Source: Yuukianura sp. NJ FZ-2021 (taxonomy: Eukaryota). From it: a DNA stretch of 64,000 nucleotides. Below are positions 52,301 to 62,969 of this stretch, piece after piece (position 1 is the first letter of the stretch; every line of letters starts with the position of its first letter). The position numbers and the translations under genes were made by a program. The notes beneath the pieces are model-generated. The model made no database searches. It had not been told where the DNA came from and worked only from the letters and a program-made list of their open reading frames with translations. The stretch spans positions 7,936,001 to 8,000,000 of the forward strand of contig CM102289.1 of NCBI GenBank assembly GCA_046563655.1, given 5' to 3'.

Positions 52301-54946
52301 AGTTATGAATCTATAGTTGTATGAGTTACTTTACTTTGGTAAATCAAGACAAACCGTGTAGTGGTGGTCAGTAGTGATATTGCAATTATAAGTTGCAAAA
52401 AATTGCAAATTTGCATTCATGCCCATCCTGCAAGATTACAGTGACAAAAGTAAACCAAAGACAATAGTACACGGTCTATCCGAAATCGCATATGCCAAAT
52501 TTTTGCAAAAATGAGCCCAATTCAAAAATAGCACAAGAAAGACACATCAACTCCACTTATAAAAATTAGGCCTCAAAGTTTGAAAATAACCGCTAATTTT
52601 GTTTTTAACATTCCACATGCCGTTTTGCAAATTCATGAAACACATCGCTGCGGTGTCCAATTTTAACAATTTACCAAAACATCAGCATGAAAACAAATCA
52701 AAGTTAACGGTTAATTTTTTTCAACACAGTAGAGCATCTTTACAGGTGTAAAACTGTGGCAATTGAAAAATGCAAATTGGAACTTACTGTACAATTTGTA
52801 CAGAAGTGTATAAATTATTAGATACTAAATTTTTGTATTGTTTTTTGGAAGTTTGGTTTGTGCTATCATGTAATTTTTTGCAAAAGTCCAACTATTCTGC
52901 GGTCACACTTTTTTTTAAATTGTCAAAAAATATTTTACAGTTTTGCAAAGCGGATCAAAAGTGGTTTTTATGTTCCGCAAAACCGAAATGATCCAAATAA
53001 GAATTTAAATTAGTAGTTTTTTATTACCTTTTGCAAAGCGGTGAAAATCCGACAGAGAAATAAACCGTTGTGCGAACAACTTTTACCGCATGACTCAAAC
53101 TGTCAAATCTGCACTTTTAGCACATCCAATTCTATTGTTTTTGCAAAAGCAGAGATTTGCCAATTTGAGCAAATCCTGCCACTTTTGTATGTGTTGTTCA
53201 ACAGACTGAATATGAAAATTTACAACTGGAGAGTTCAAATGCTGGTGGGTAAACAGTGCCATGACAGTGATGAAACTGTACGCCTGGCATTTGGCATGCG
53301 ATGTGATGTGAAACTGAATTGAATTTGCGTTGCTTAATTTTGTTTAATGCCAAGGTTAATTTTTGTGGGAGCAGAGAAGGATATAATAGGTCTGGTAGAA
53401 TGTTATTGAAGGTTTTGATGGTAACGTAGGTGTGTGACCTTACCTGTCACAATAGACGAACATTATGAAATATAATAGGTGGGTTTTGGTTTGTTCAGAT
53501 TTTCAAAACAGTCAGGGCCTGCGCAATTTGCACAAATTTTGGACCTCGTCTGAGTAACGTGATACATGGCATCACTTTTTGGCAGAAAACTGTTTTCTAA
53601 ATTTGAGATTTTGTAAACATGTAATTCCATCTTACCGGAACCGGATGTACCCTCCCGGTTCACAGTCCAAAATTGGTGGTAATTTGTGAAACCAATTTGT
53701 CAAATATGAAATTTTGAAAACTCCTTTGAAATTTGAGTTTGACAGGTTATACAAAACTTATTATGGGAATTGACGTGTGGAGTATTAAAAATGGCGGCAT
53801 TGACGTTTAGTCAGTTTGAATTATTGCGAGATTCATAAACGACAAGTTAGCTTTTCCTTTCACTGAAAGATGACAATGGTATTTAGAAACCTTGGTAGCC
53901 ATTAAATTTAAATTAGAAACTATGAATTGCACAAAAATTGACTCAAAATACAATAAATTATAACGTCCTCAAAAGTTACAACAATAATTTCATCACAAAA
54001 CTTCATCTGAAAAGGGATAAATGAACATCAAAAAATTAAAATGGAAAATAATTTCTGTACAATTAATTTATAATAGTCGTTTAATAAAAGTGAAGAAAAT
54101 CTTGAACGCATGCGCATACTCGTCACGTAAAAAGGAAAGGCGTGTTTTTTAAATTTTATGCGTAAGTATCAAGCAATAAAAAACGTCGTCAAAAACCCAG
54201 CCTTTGAATACAGTGAACTTTCTAAATGCATAAATTTTTACGTTTTCTAACATGATTACTGCAGTGATGTAACAACAAAAATTTAGCAAAATGTAAAAAC
54301 TGCTTTAAATTTTGTGTGTCTCTTGAAAAGAACAATTGAAAGAAATTTTAAAAGTGAAAAGCACTCAAATCATTCACATCACTTTGGCGGTCTTTTTCAA
54401 AAACTTTCAGGGTGACACAACATGTCACGAAATTTGAAAGTTCCAATCAAACATGTTCGTGTCAACTCGTAAGGTCACGTGGTACTAAAATCATATTTGA
54501 GTGCCTGCAAACCACATTTCATAACGTTTTGACCCAGAGGTAAGCAATTTTCATAACAAGCCAATTATTTTGACGAGCAATTTTTTTGTACATTTGAAAT
54601 TTAAATGCTCGCATTGTCTTCCGCTTTGATTCCTCTAGAATTTCTGTCGTGTAAGAGTTGAAGTGGTACATAAATTATTTTAGTTCATTAAAAATATCTG
54701 CATCAAACTAACACCTTCCTTCATTAACAATCCAATCAGGCCAGTTTTTGTTTTCAAAAAACGAGAAAAAAATCACCAATTTTTGCCTCAGAAATTGGAA
54801 ATTTATGTAAGCAGAATTTTAATTTGAAATTACGCAATTTTAGGCCTAAATTAACTTGTATCTCGCACCCACAATTTCCGCAACTTTTAATTCCTGAAAC
54901 AAAACGGCTTTTATTAAGCCGAACCTGACAAAATTTCGTAATTCAT

Positions 54947-54959
54947 AGGTCAATGACCT
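54947..54959. promoter_or_regulatory. Perfect IR1 palindrome (EcRE-type)
   Basis: AGGTCA-A-TGACCT in the gene-free region upstream of PDZ gene B. Confidence 0.5.
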
Positions 54960-57317
54960 CTCAAACTTTTGCTAAATTTCAGGCAATGCATTTTTTCAGA
55001 CACAAGTCATGTAGTGCCTTGCAAAATATTTGGCTAACCAGAAGGGAGGTTAGGTACAGAAGGCAATTCTAGGCAATTAGGCATCTAATGATGGCATAAG
55101 TGCTATGGGAATTAGGCAATGTTTTGCCAACGAAGATGAATGGATATGTTTCCATTTAGGCATTTTTTGTACTAAAGTGACTCTAACCTTCAAATACGTA
55201 AAGATCTCGCAAAAAATAAGTACGTGTTTGCGAAAAATGTGCAAAAAATGGCATGCAAATTCTGGAGGTTAAACTAAATATAGCGTCGGCGTCATCCTGC
55301 AGCCCGCCGTCAACTGGATCTCCAAAGTCACGCATCAGAGTGACTCATTTCACTTAAAATTTTTGCAACTTGCAATTTTCCAGTTCCGTGGCCCCTTATG
55401 TGAACATTTGCACAATGCAACGAATGGTTATTTGCAACGATTATTTGCTCACCAAGGCATGAAATGAGCGAAAGAAGCTTTTGTTTATTAGAAAGGTTTA
55501 TGACTCCTTTGTACGTTGCACATTGCACTTCACAATTTCAAAATCTAAATTGGGAGACTGTAAATCATTTATGAGGAGGAGGAGGAAGCACACGTAACGA
55601 GTGAATGTCGTCATCGAGCGGCAAACTTTAAAAATAATCTTGCTGTTACGTCTAAGTACGTGCAAAATTGGACTTTACGGTTTCCCAGAATTTTCAAATG
55701 TACAAAAAGACAATGGAGCGAAAAAGCAAACAAGTTTTAAAAAAATGATTAACGACTTTTTAATAAAATGGACGCTGTAATTATCTTTACAGTGTAATCA
55801 ACCTAGTTAATCATTCTCGACTGGTGACTTCTAAATAAAAGTAAGGTGTGCTAAGATGGTCGTTGTGTGCTAAAATGCACACAGTCTACAAAGATGTGCC
55901 AAAAAATTGCAACTTGTACGTGCTGGTTGATCAAAGCCAATGTTTGCAAAAACTGCATTTCTGCAATGACTTGAAAACCTTGATTCTATAAAAACATTCT
56001 GGAATTAAGAGTTAATTAAATTCGTCTCTACTCACCTTGATTCTAATCAAAATTCTTTGTTCCAGCTCAAAGATGTCACAACATAGTAATTAAATTGGGC
56101 GTGGAACTTACTGTCGGAAGGAATCACTATGCTAGCTTAGGTGTAATTTGTGGTTTTTGCAAAAAGTTTGCAACAACGTCAACACAACTGTTTTTGCAAA
56201 AACTATAAACTAAAAAAACGCAAAGAACAGACATGCCATTTGGCGAAAACCGGAATAAAAACAGAAATGAACGACTTTGGAAAGGTTTTTGTGCCAAATA
56301 TAAAAATTTGATATACACTGATGATGTCAGTTTAAAAATATCAGATGAATAGTTATTTTCAATTTGAAATTTAGTAGTTTGTAATTTTTCATTAACTTGA
56401 AATGTCATACCTCTGCGTCGATTCCTCGGAGGACTTCTTGGCACTATTTTCAACATTATTTTTGGCAACCGGCTCAAACCACGTTAATTCACAAAAAGCT
56501 AAATCAATATTGGTTATAAAAGGTTCAAATTTTCAAATGTTTGATTTTCTTGTTGAGAAATGTTGTTCACTATTTCAAAATTGACTCGAAAGTGTGATAT
56601 TGGCAAGCACTTGACCAAACTTTCGTCAACACCGTCTCGACTTGATCTGAAGTGCCAAGAATTGATAACTTTGAAAGAAATGTTTGTTTGTTGCCCTTTG
56701 GATAAAAACAAACGTTCTGTTGAAATAATTGTCCTCTATTTGTCCACTTCTTGTAAAATTGTCAAAAATGCGGAAACTGACAAAATTTATAGGAATAACT
56801 GCATTTCACAATGGATTGTCCAAGTATCCAACTGCTGATTGAAGAGACTTGTAAAAACGTCCCATGCCACAATTTGTACAATCTATACACAGTCGATATG
56901 GCCCCTCACTTTTGGCACAATTCCAAATCCCCATCAACCAACAACCAAATGTCTAACTTCAAAGTGAAGATGAGTCCACTTGGAAGTAACAGTGACACGG
57001 GGGACGATTAAGAAGAAGGTTTTTTGTTTGTGCAAAACAATAAGGGGATGAGTCTGAAACGCCAATTTGCAAACATGTGCAAAAAATTAATGTTTCACCT
57101 ATCTCCTTCCCTGAAATTTTTGAATTGGCCCGAGTGAAATCTTGGACTGATGGTTGGCCGATCCTTAACAGCCACTTTTGCATGCGGAACTTAACTTACA
57201 CTTAAAATTAATGGAAATTAGACACAATGAGTTAAAGATGAAACGAACTCTGAACATCAGTATTAGTATAGGGATGGACGTATGGAGGAGGGAGATGCAG
57301 AGATACTAAAGGTAGTA

Positions 57318-57434
57318 CCGTAATTTTCCGAATAACACGCCTGTTCAAAGTAATCACCATGTTTTAGTAGTACATTGTCCACCAAAACCTTAAAACGAGT
57401 TAGGAGTCTTGGCCTACTATTTGAATCTTTACGG
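57318..57434. mobile_element. Tc1/mariner(pogo)-type MITE
   Basis: TA|CCGTAATTTTCCGAATAACACGCC...GGCCTACTATTTGAATCTTTACGG|TA; degenerate TIRs with TA flanks. Confidence 0.5.
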
Positions 57435-59877
57435 TAACAAAGAATTCAGGATGTGACTTTTGGACAGGGCTGTAACCACCGCCGGGTAAAAACGGTCTAC
57501 TTGTTTCAACTTTGCAAATTTATTCCAAAAACCAAAACCAAATTCAAATTTTTCCACTCTTAGCCATTTTGGCAAACCTCGTAAAAACTGAAGCATGGCT
57601 TTTGAGGGGGAGGGGGATGACTCTTTTCAGTTTTAGCATTTGTAGTTTTTTGTACTTCTAAAAACTTTGTTAGTACAAACATAAACTCCAAAAATAGTGT
57701 TTTGCGCATCATCTCTAAAATTCTGTGCAAAAGTGTGTCCTTTGAACACATGATGCGAAAGATGACAATGAAAATGATGATTGCCATTCCATTTCAATTC
57801 AAGGTTTCCGTGTTTGAGGTTGTAAAAAAACACTTTTCCCAGAAGTCATACCTGAAGTGTAGTACAAAGTAAGTAGTGCAAGAATCTCTGCTTTTTAATT
57901 AAAAAAAAAGCCTCCCCTGACCATCTCATCTTCATTTTGTTCAAAAACAAGATTTATAAAACATAAAAAGTTTTCAAAAGATCAACCACTGCGTTGTTGT
58001 TTCCTAAACGAACCTAAATTGTTACAAAGACAATGAAATCGAGAGACAATGTTGAAAACAATTTGGCAAATGAGGATCAAAACAATGAAATAGTTTTGGT
58101 AATTGCAAGATGCTGCTGCGCCCTCTGTGACAAAAATTTCAAGAACGCTTTAAGGAGTGACCAAACAAAAGATGACATCGATACATAAATATAACCTACA
58201 AAAAATTTTAGTACTGTGCAAAGCGTGTTTTGTAAAATGTAGAAAAAAAGTAAATTTTTGATGACATGTTGAATTACAGTGGAAAAGTACGTCTGACTGT
58301 TCTTTTCATTGTTACTACTTCGTTTCGTTTTCAAAAGAATAAAAGTAAGTCTCTTCAATTTCAAAATGTAACCAAACTAGTTTTAGTGGAATGTTGGCGT
58401 CGGTGTTGTTTTTCTGTACACTGATCCTATGACCAATTCCTTCCTTTACTACTTAAAAGTAATTCAAAACAAAGACCAGCTTTTAAATAATTACCCTGAA
58501 ACTGAAATATGAACTACGAAATACTTGGGAATTACGAACTACTTAAATATTTCAGACCACAGTTGCAACAGAATCAGATAACAAAAATAAGAGGATTCAA
58601 CAGATACTTATTATTCAACGCGTCACTTTGGCCTCAGACGTAGCGTGTTACCGAAGTACAATGATCGGGTTCATGTGGCTCACGGCGGCAAACGGTTCAA
58701 AATGTTTGCGAACACAGTTCAAAATTACTGTCTGTGCAATGTACATGTGTCTGTTTCTATGTACTGCCTGCTTCTGCGCATGCGGTTGATGAATAGTGTT
58801 AAAAACTTCCGTGTTGGCTTTTTTTTCGCAGATGACGAATTCAACTTTTATAGAATTTTTTCTTTAGTAACTCGGATGCAAAAGTGCGTGTTTAGTGCAG
58901 GATGCGTGCACAATTTTTTCATAGGAAATTGGATTTCAATAATTTGAGTTCAATTATTGTAAAAACTGGGGCTAACAATTATTGATATGTATTGATTTGG
59001 ATTTGGCTTAAACACATTGTTTTCCACCAATATTACAAATGTCAGCAACACACCAACACACGATTGAATTTTTTAACCAAAATTCCTGATTTTTAAAACT
59101 ATTTCAAATTTTCCGTAAAAATTGTGAAGTTCTAAACGTAAAACTTACTTGTTTTAGTGAATGGTGTTTCCACAGATTCGAAATTGTCCAAAATTTGGAA
59201 AAACGGAGATGACTATGTTCTTTTGAGTTCTGTGAGGATAATGATGGCCTTCACTGATGATTCAGCTTAGTTACCATAACTAGTACGTAATTTGCGGTTA
59301 ATTGCAGTACGGAATCGGCAACAGTTAGGAAATTAAAGCTGCAAATTGATGACTTCTCCGCAGCAACTTTTCCAAAAAGCACAAACGGTTTGCGCAAACA
59401 ATTCAACCAAAATGGCAAACTTGTTGCAAAAAGTTGTGGTTTTCGAACAAACTAAAATTACACTTTTGACCTTTTGCACCAAAAGTTGAATTTGAAATCC
59501 TTGATCAAATTATGCAGTTATGTTTCAAGTATTTTTTGATGTTTTTCTGTAGCTGGATTCCCTTGCCTCACTTACTTAAAGGCCGCCTAGCTTCTCACTG
59601 CGGCCAGGGTTCCCAGATTCAGTCACTGGACATTTCAGTCGTCCGCCCGAAAGCGGCTTTTGGACGTTTCGGTCCAACCCCTTTCAGTCGACCGAAATGA
59701 CCGAAACGTATTTCCACCAAAATTGGGCGCGAAACTATTTGAATTTGAGGGTACAGAATTAGAAAATTAGTCAGGAAAATAGTAAATTAGTAGAAACTGG
59801 TCAAAACAACTGTACAAAGCACTTATTTTGAGTTTCAGGATAATTCTGACCTCAATCAAAGGTGAAGGGAGCAGTGG

Positions 59878-59923
59878 ACTTGGTTTGTCAGTGCCTGAGA
59901 AATCAGTGTCAGCGCAGCCAAGT
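59878..59923 (+). ncRNA. Putative structured RNA/ssDNA motif, copy 1
   Basis: ACTTGGTT-TGTCAGTGC-CTGA(GAAA)TCAG-TGTCAGCGC-AGCCAAGT. Confidence 0.5.
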
Positions 59924-60202
59924 TAATTATTTTCCTAAAATTGGGAGAGTTGTAGTTACAGAATTGAAATTATAAAGACCCTCCAGTGTTTTTCAATTCA
60001 GCAGTGACATAATTATTAAGTACTACATCTTCATGTCGTCTTCAGTTTGTGTAAACTCAGGGTAGTGTCAAGTGCCATAGCAGTACTTTAATCGGGCGGA
60101 AAGGAAGAGTAGGATATATATCGTTTAGCTTTAATTTTGAACAACTTCCGGTAACTTACTTATCCTAGTTTCACGATAATCCTGACCTCAATCAAGGGTT
60201 GA

Positions 60203-60271
60203 CGGAACAGTGGACTTGCCTTGTCAGTGCCTGAGAAATCAGTGTCAGCGCGGGCAAGTACTTCTGTTCCG
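60203..60271 (+). ncRNA. Putative structured RNA/ssDNA motif, copy 2
   Basis: CGGAACAG..ACTTGCCT-TGTCAGTGC-CTGA(GAAA)TCAG-TGTCAGCGC-GGGCAAGT..CTGTTCCG; compensatory stem changes relative to copy 1. Confidence 0.5.
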
Positions 60272-60523
60272 AAAATTGGGGAGAGTAGGAGTTTATAGCT
60301 TAAATTACAAAGACTCGTGTACTTCTCAATTAGCCAGTGACATATTTATTAGTGAATCGTCATTGTCATTGTTGCTATCAATCGGTGCAGGCAGGGATTT
60401 GTAGATTGTAATCAAACCAGTGCTTGTTTCAACCAAGGATCAGACGAAGTGACAAAGAAGGGTTACGTTTTGTAATGTTTATGTTCGTTTTTTATTTTCA
60501 ATAAATACAAATTTCCTTTATTG

Positions 60524-60582
60524 CCTTACCCAAATGGCGCTGACATTGTCCAGTGACAAGCACTGACACATTTGGGTTAAGG
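60524..60582 (-). ncRNA. Putative structured RNA/ssDNA motif, copy 3 (opposite strand)
   Basis: The minus strand reads CCTTAACCCAAATG-TGTCAGTGC-TTGTC(ACTG)GACAA-TGTCAGCGC-CATTTGGGTAAGG: the same two 9-mers with largely different but fully paired stems. Confidence 0.5.
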
Positions 60583-61857
60583 TCAGGTCAGGCGGCAATT
60601 GTAAGAGATACTTCAACTATGATCAGTTCACTTAAGAGTATTTTTTACAAAAAAGAATAAAGTGATGTTTACTTTGCTTTTGTGTTTGATCTGTTTAAGG
60701 AATGGAAGTAGGAATTGATGATATGAACCTTATTTTAAGTGTAGTTGGCAGTAAACCAACTAATCGAATTAATTTCCAAATTAATTCGAGTTTTTGACTA
60801 AATTAGGTATTGGAAATTGAAACAGCTGAGCATGTAAACAAGAAAAATAGAACCAAAAAGAAAGTTTGGATTTGAAATTTTCGAGTTTCGCGCCCCGCGC
60901 ATGCGCAAAGCGCATTGTGACTTTTGGTCGGACATTTCGGTCGTTTCAGTCATTTTGGACATTTAAGACCAAAATTTCAAAAAGTGACCGAAACTGGGAA
61001 CACTGACTGCGGCATTTCCAAAAAATCAGGAATCCTAGGCTTCAGGAAGGTGACTCATAAAGTGAATTGCACACAAAGTGGAAGATGTCTATTGTCTTTT
61101 CCAAGTCGTCCTGGTACACCTTGCCCTCCCTCGCCTCTGACGGCGTCCAATTTGCAGATGACCATCACGTCACACCAAGATGACAAACTTGACCGCTCCC
61201 TGTGTATGGCGCTCTTGCGTCTATGTTAACGTCACCAATTTGCGACAATTCGCACTCACTTTTATTTTGAGGTCACTTGTTCATTCACAAAAAAAATTGG
61301 GACCAACTTTGGTTCTCCAAATATTTGCTCAGTTTCGCCAAAAACGTTATCAAGCAAGTAATAATCAGTGCAAAATAGGAAATGAGGTCATGTCAACACT
61401 GTTTGACGGGAAGTTTTGAATTGTGTCCTGGATTGGATCCAGCATTTTTGTAGGTTTTGTTATGATGTTACGCAACATTTGCGTCCTTCTGAATTTAAAA
61501 TTTCGAAAAGCAGGTGTAGTTGGGCGAAATTTTTCGAACAAAAGATTTAAAAAAAATTTTTTTTTAGACTGATGAGGGTTGAATTAATCGATACGCAACT
61601 TGTCAGTTTTTACATGAATTGTTTTGTATCGTTGCAAAGTTAAAAAAAATGGAAGTTGTGAGCTGTACACCTTTGCATGTTTTTGTGTTAGCGTTTATAT
61701 GAAAGCTCGTGAGGGTGACAGGTGGTTTAAATTGGCATTGTGAGTCATCCTGTACATTTCAACTTTAATGGTGTTCAGAAGTTAGCTAAATTTCAACTAA
61801 CTTCAAATTCATCATGACGATTATTATAATAGCGAAGCTATTATGATAAAAGTGGTT

Positions 61858-61902
61858 TGTCTGTCTGTCTGTCTGTCCGTCTGTCTGTCCGTCTGTCTGT
61901 CC
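61858..61902. repeat. (TGTC/CGTC)n tetranucleotide microsatellite
   Basis: tgtctgtctgtctgtctgtccgtctgtctgtccgtctgtctgtcc. Confidence 0.95.
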
Positions 61903-62301
61903 AGATTAATTATCTCGGAAACTACTGGTCCGATTAGATTCCGGTTTTCACCAGTGACCATGTCATGACCCGGACTAGGTCACTATTGAATATGACCCCC
62001 GGGTGTCAACTCCTTCCGGGTCAAAGGTCAAGGTCAACCGGTTTTATCCCTGGTAACCGGGAAAATGACCTCTACAAAAGTTGTTCATCTCATCGAGGGG
62101 AACAACTTTTGTGTGTAATGTGTGACCCTAGGTCACCTGCTTCCGGGTCAAAATCGATTTCAAAGGTCATTTGTAATGCAAGTGTGTGTAAGAAAAACTC
62201 TGCTTGTGAGACTGGAAAGGCAATTGGCATGGGACTTGGTTCTCTGCTTAGCAAAAAATCTATTACGCAGTTGACATATACACTTTACACACTCATGCAC
62301 T

Positions 62302-62672
62302 GTGTCCACCGGGTGTCACCTGTCACTTGCCGGGTGTCACCTGTCACCTGTTAATTGCCGGGTGTCACCTGTCACATACCGCATGTCACCTATCACTTGC
62401 CGGATACCGGGTGTCACCTGTCACTTGCCGGGTGTCACCTGTCACGTGCCGCGTGTCACCTGTCACACTCACGTGTCACTTGCCGCGTGTCACCTGTCAC
62501 CCTCACGTGTCACTTGCCGCGTGTCACCTGTCACCCTCACGTGACACTTGGCGCGTGTCACCTGTCACACTCACGTGTCACCTGTCACCCTCACGTGTCA
62601 CTTGCCGGGTGTCACCTGTCACGTCTCACCTGTCACCTGTCACGCCTCAGCTGTCACGTCTCACATGTCAAC
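62302..62672. repeat. TGTCAC-based minisatellite (7-bp subunits, ~21-bp unit GGGTGTCACCTGTCACTTGCC)
   Basis: Dozens of TGTCAC cores with variable higher-order units; central repeat of the Helentron-like element. Confidence 0.95.
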
Positions 62673-62905
62673 ACCCCCTGGGGGGGGGCGGGAAAGTTGG
62701 AGGAACACACCCCCGCTCACCTTTGGAGGGGGGGGGGGCTTCAGTGTGATTTACAAAACTTCCCTATTCTTCGCTGTTATCATTATGGGCGGTACAACCG
62801 GTTTATTAGAAAGTATCAAGTGTCACAAAACTTTTCAAAACTCATAATTTATAAAAGCAAATAAAAAACATAGCGGACGGAACTAAATGGCAACACAAGC
62901 TGTCA

Positions 62906-62911
62906 TTTATT
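62906..62911 (-). terminator. Putative polyadenylation signal of the Gly/His-rich gene
   Basis: AATAAA on the minus strand ~60 nt downstream of the stop codon. Confidence 0.55.
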
Positions 62912-62969
62912 TTGATAAAAAAGAGACAAGTTGAGGTTGCATTGTACTGTCTCTGTTAACATAACAAAT

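Larger units (their letters stand above)
59839..60352 (+). repeat. Internal diverged direct duplication (336-bp period) with conserved hairpins
   Basis: GATAATyCTGACCTCAATCAA...CAGTGGACTTG...TGTCAGTGCCTGAGAAATCAGTGTCAGCGC...AAAATTGGG...TCAATT...CAGTGACATA at ~59839-60020 and ~60175-60352. Confidence 0.9.
59605..61005. mobile_element. Non-autonomous DNA transposon, hAT (or P) superfamily, 1401 bp
   Basis: Perfect 8-bp TSD ACTGCGGC at 59597-59604 and 61006-61013. The 23-bp TIRs are CAGGGTTCCCAGATTCAGTCACT and (reverse complement) CAGTGTTCCCAGTTTCGGTCACT. Subterminal GACYGAAA repeats occur at both ends. No transposase ORF. Confidence 0.9.
61821..62807 (+). mobile_element. Non-autonomous Helentron / DINE-1-like (HINE) element, ~990 bp
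   Basis: 5' hairpin ATAATAGC-GAA-GCTATTAT (61826-61844). Subterminal IR ATAATAGCGAAG / CTTCGCTGTTAT (62769-62780). A (GTCY)n microsatellite follows the 5' end, then a central tandem array, and a 3' stem-loop CGGT-ACA-ACCG (62790-62800) precedes a T-rich end. Confidence 0.8.

Noticed and set aside
59846..60271. Hammerhead ribozyme, IRE, pre-miRNA, H/ACA snoRNA or 28S rRNA fragment as identity of the duplicated hairpins
   Set aside because: CTGAGAAA lacks the CUGANGA/GAAA three-way junction. CAGTGC is not in an apical IRE loop. The arms vary while the interior is conserved, unlike a miRNA. There is no conserved H box between the hairpins. The rRNA resemblance is limited to TGACCTCAA.
61965..62864. 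ORFs with CHL/SPVT repeats
   Set aside because: Stop-free translations of the TGTCAC minisatellite inside the Helentron-like element.
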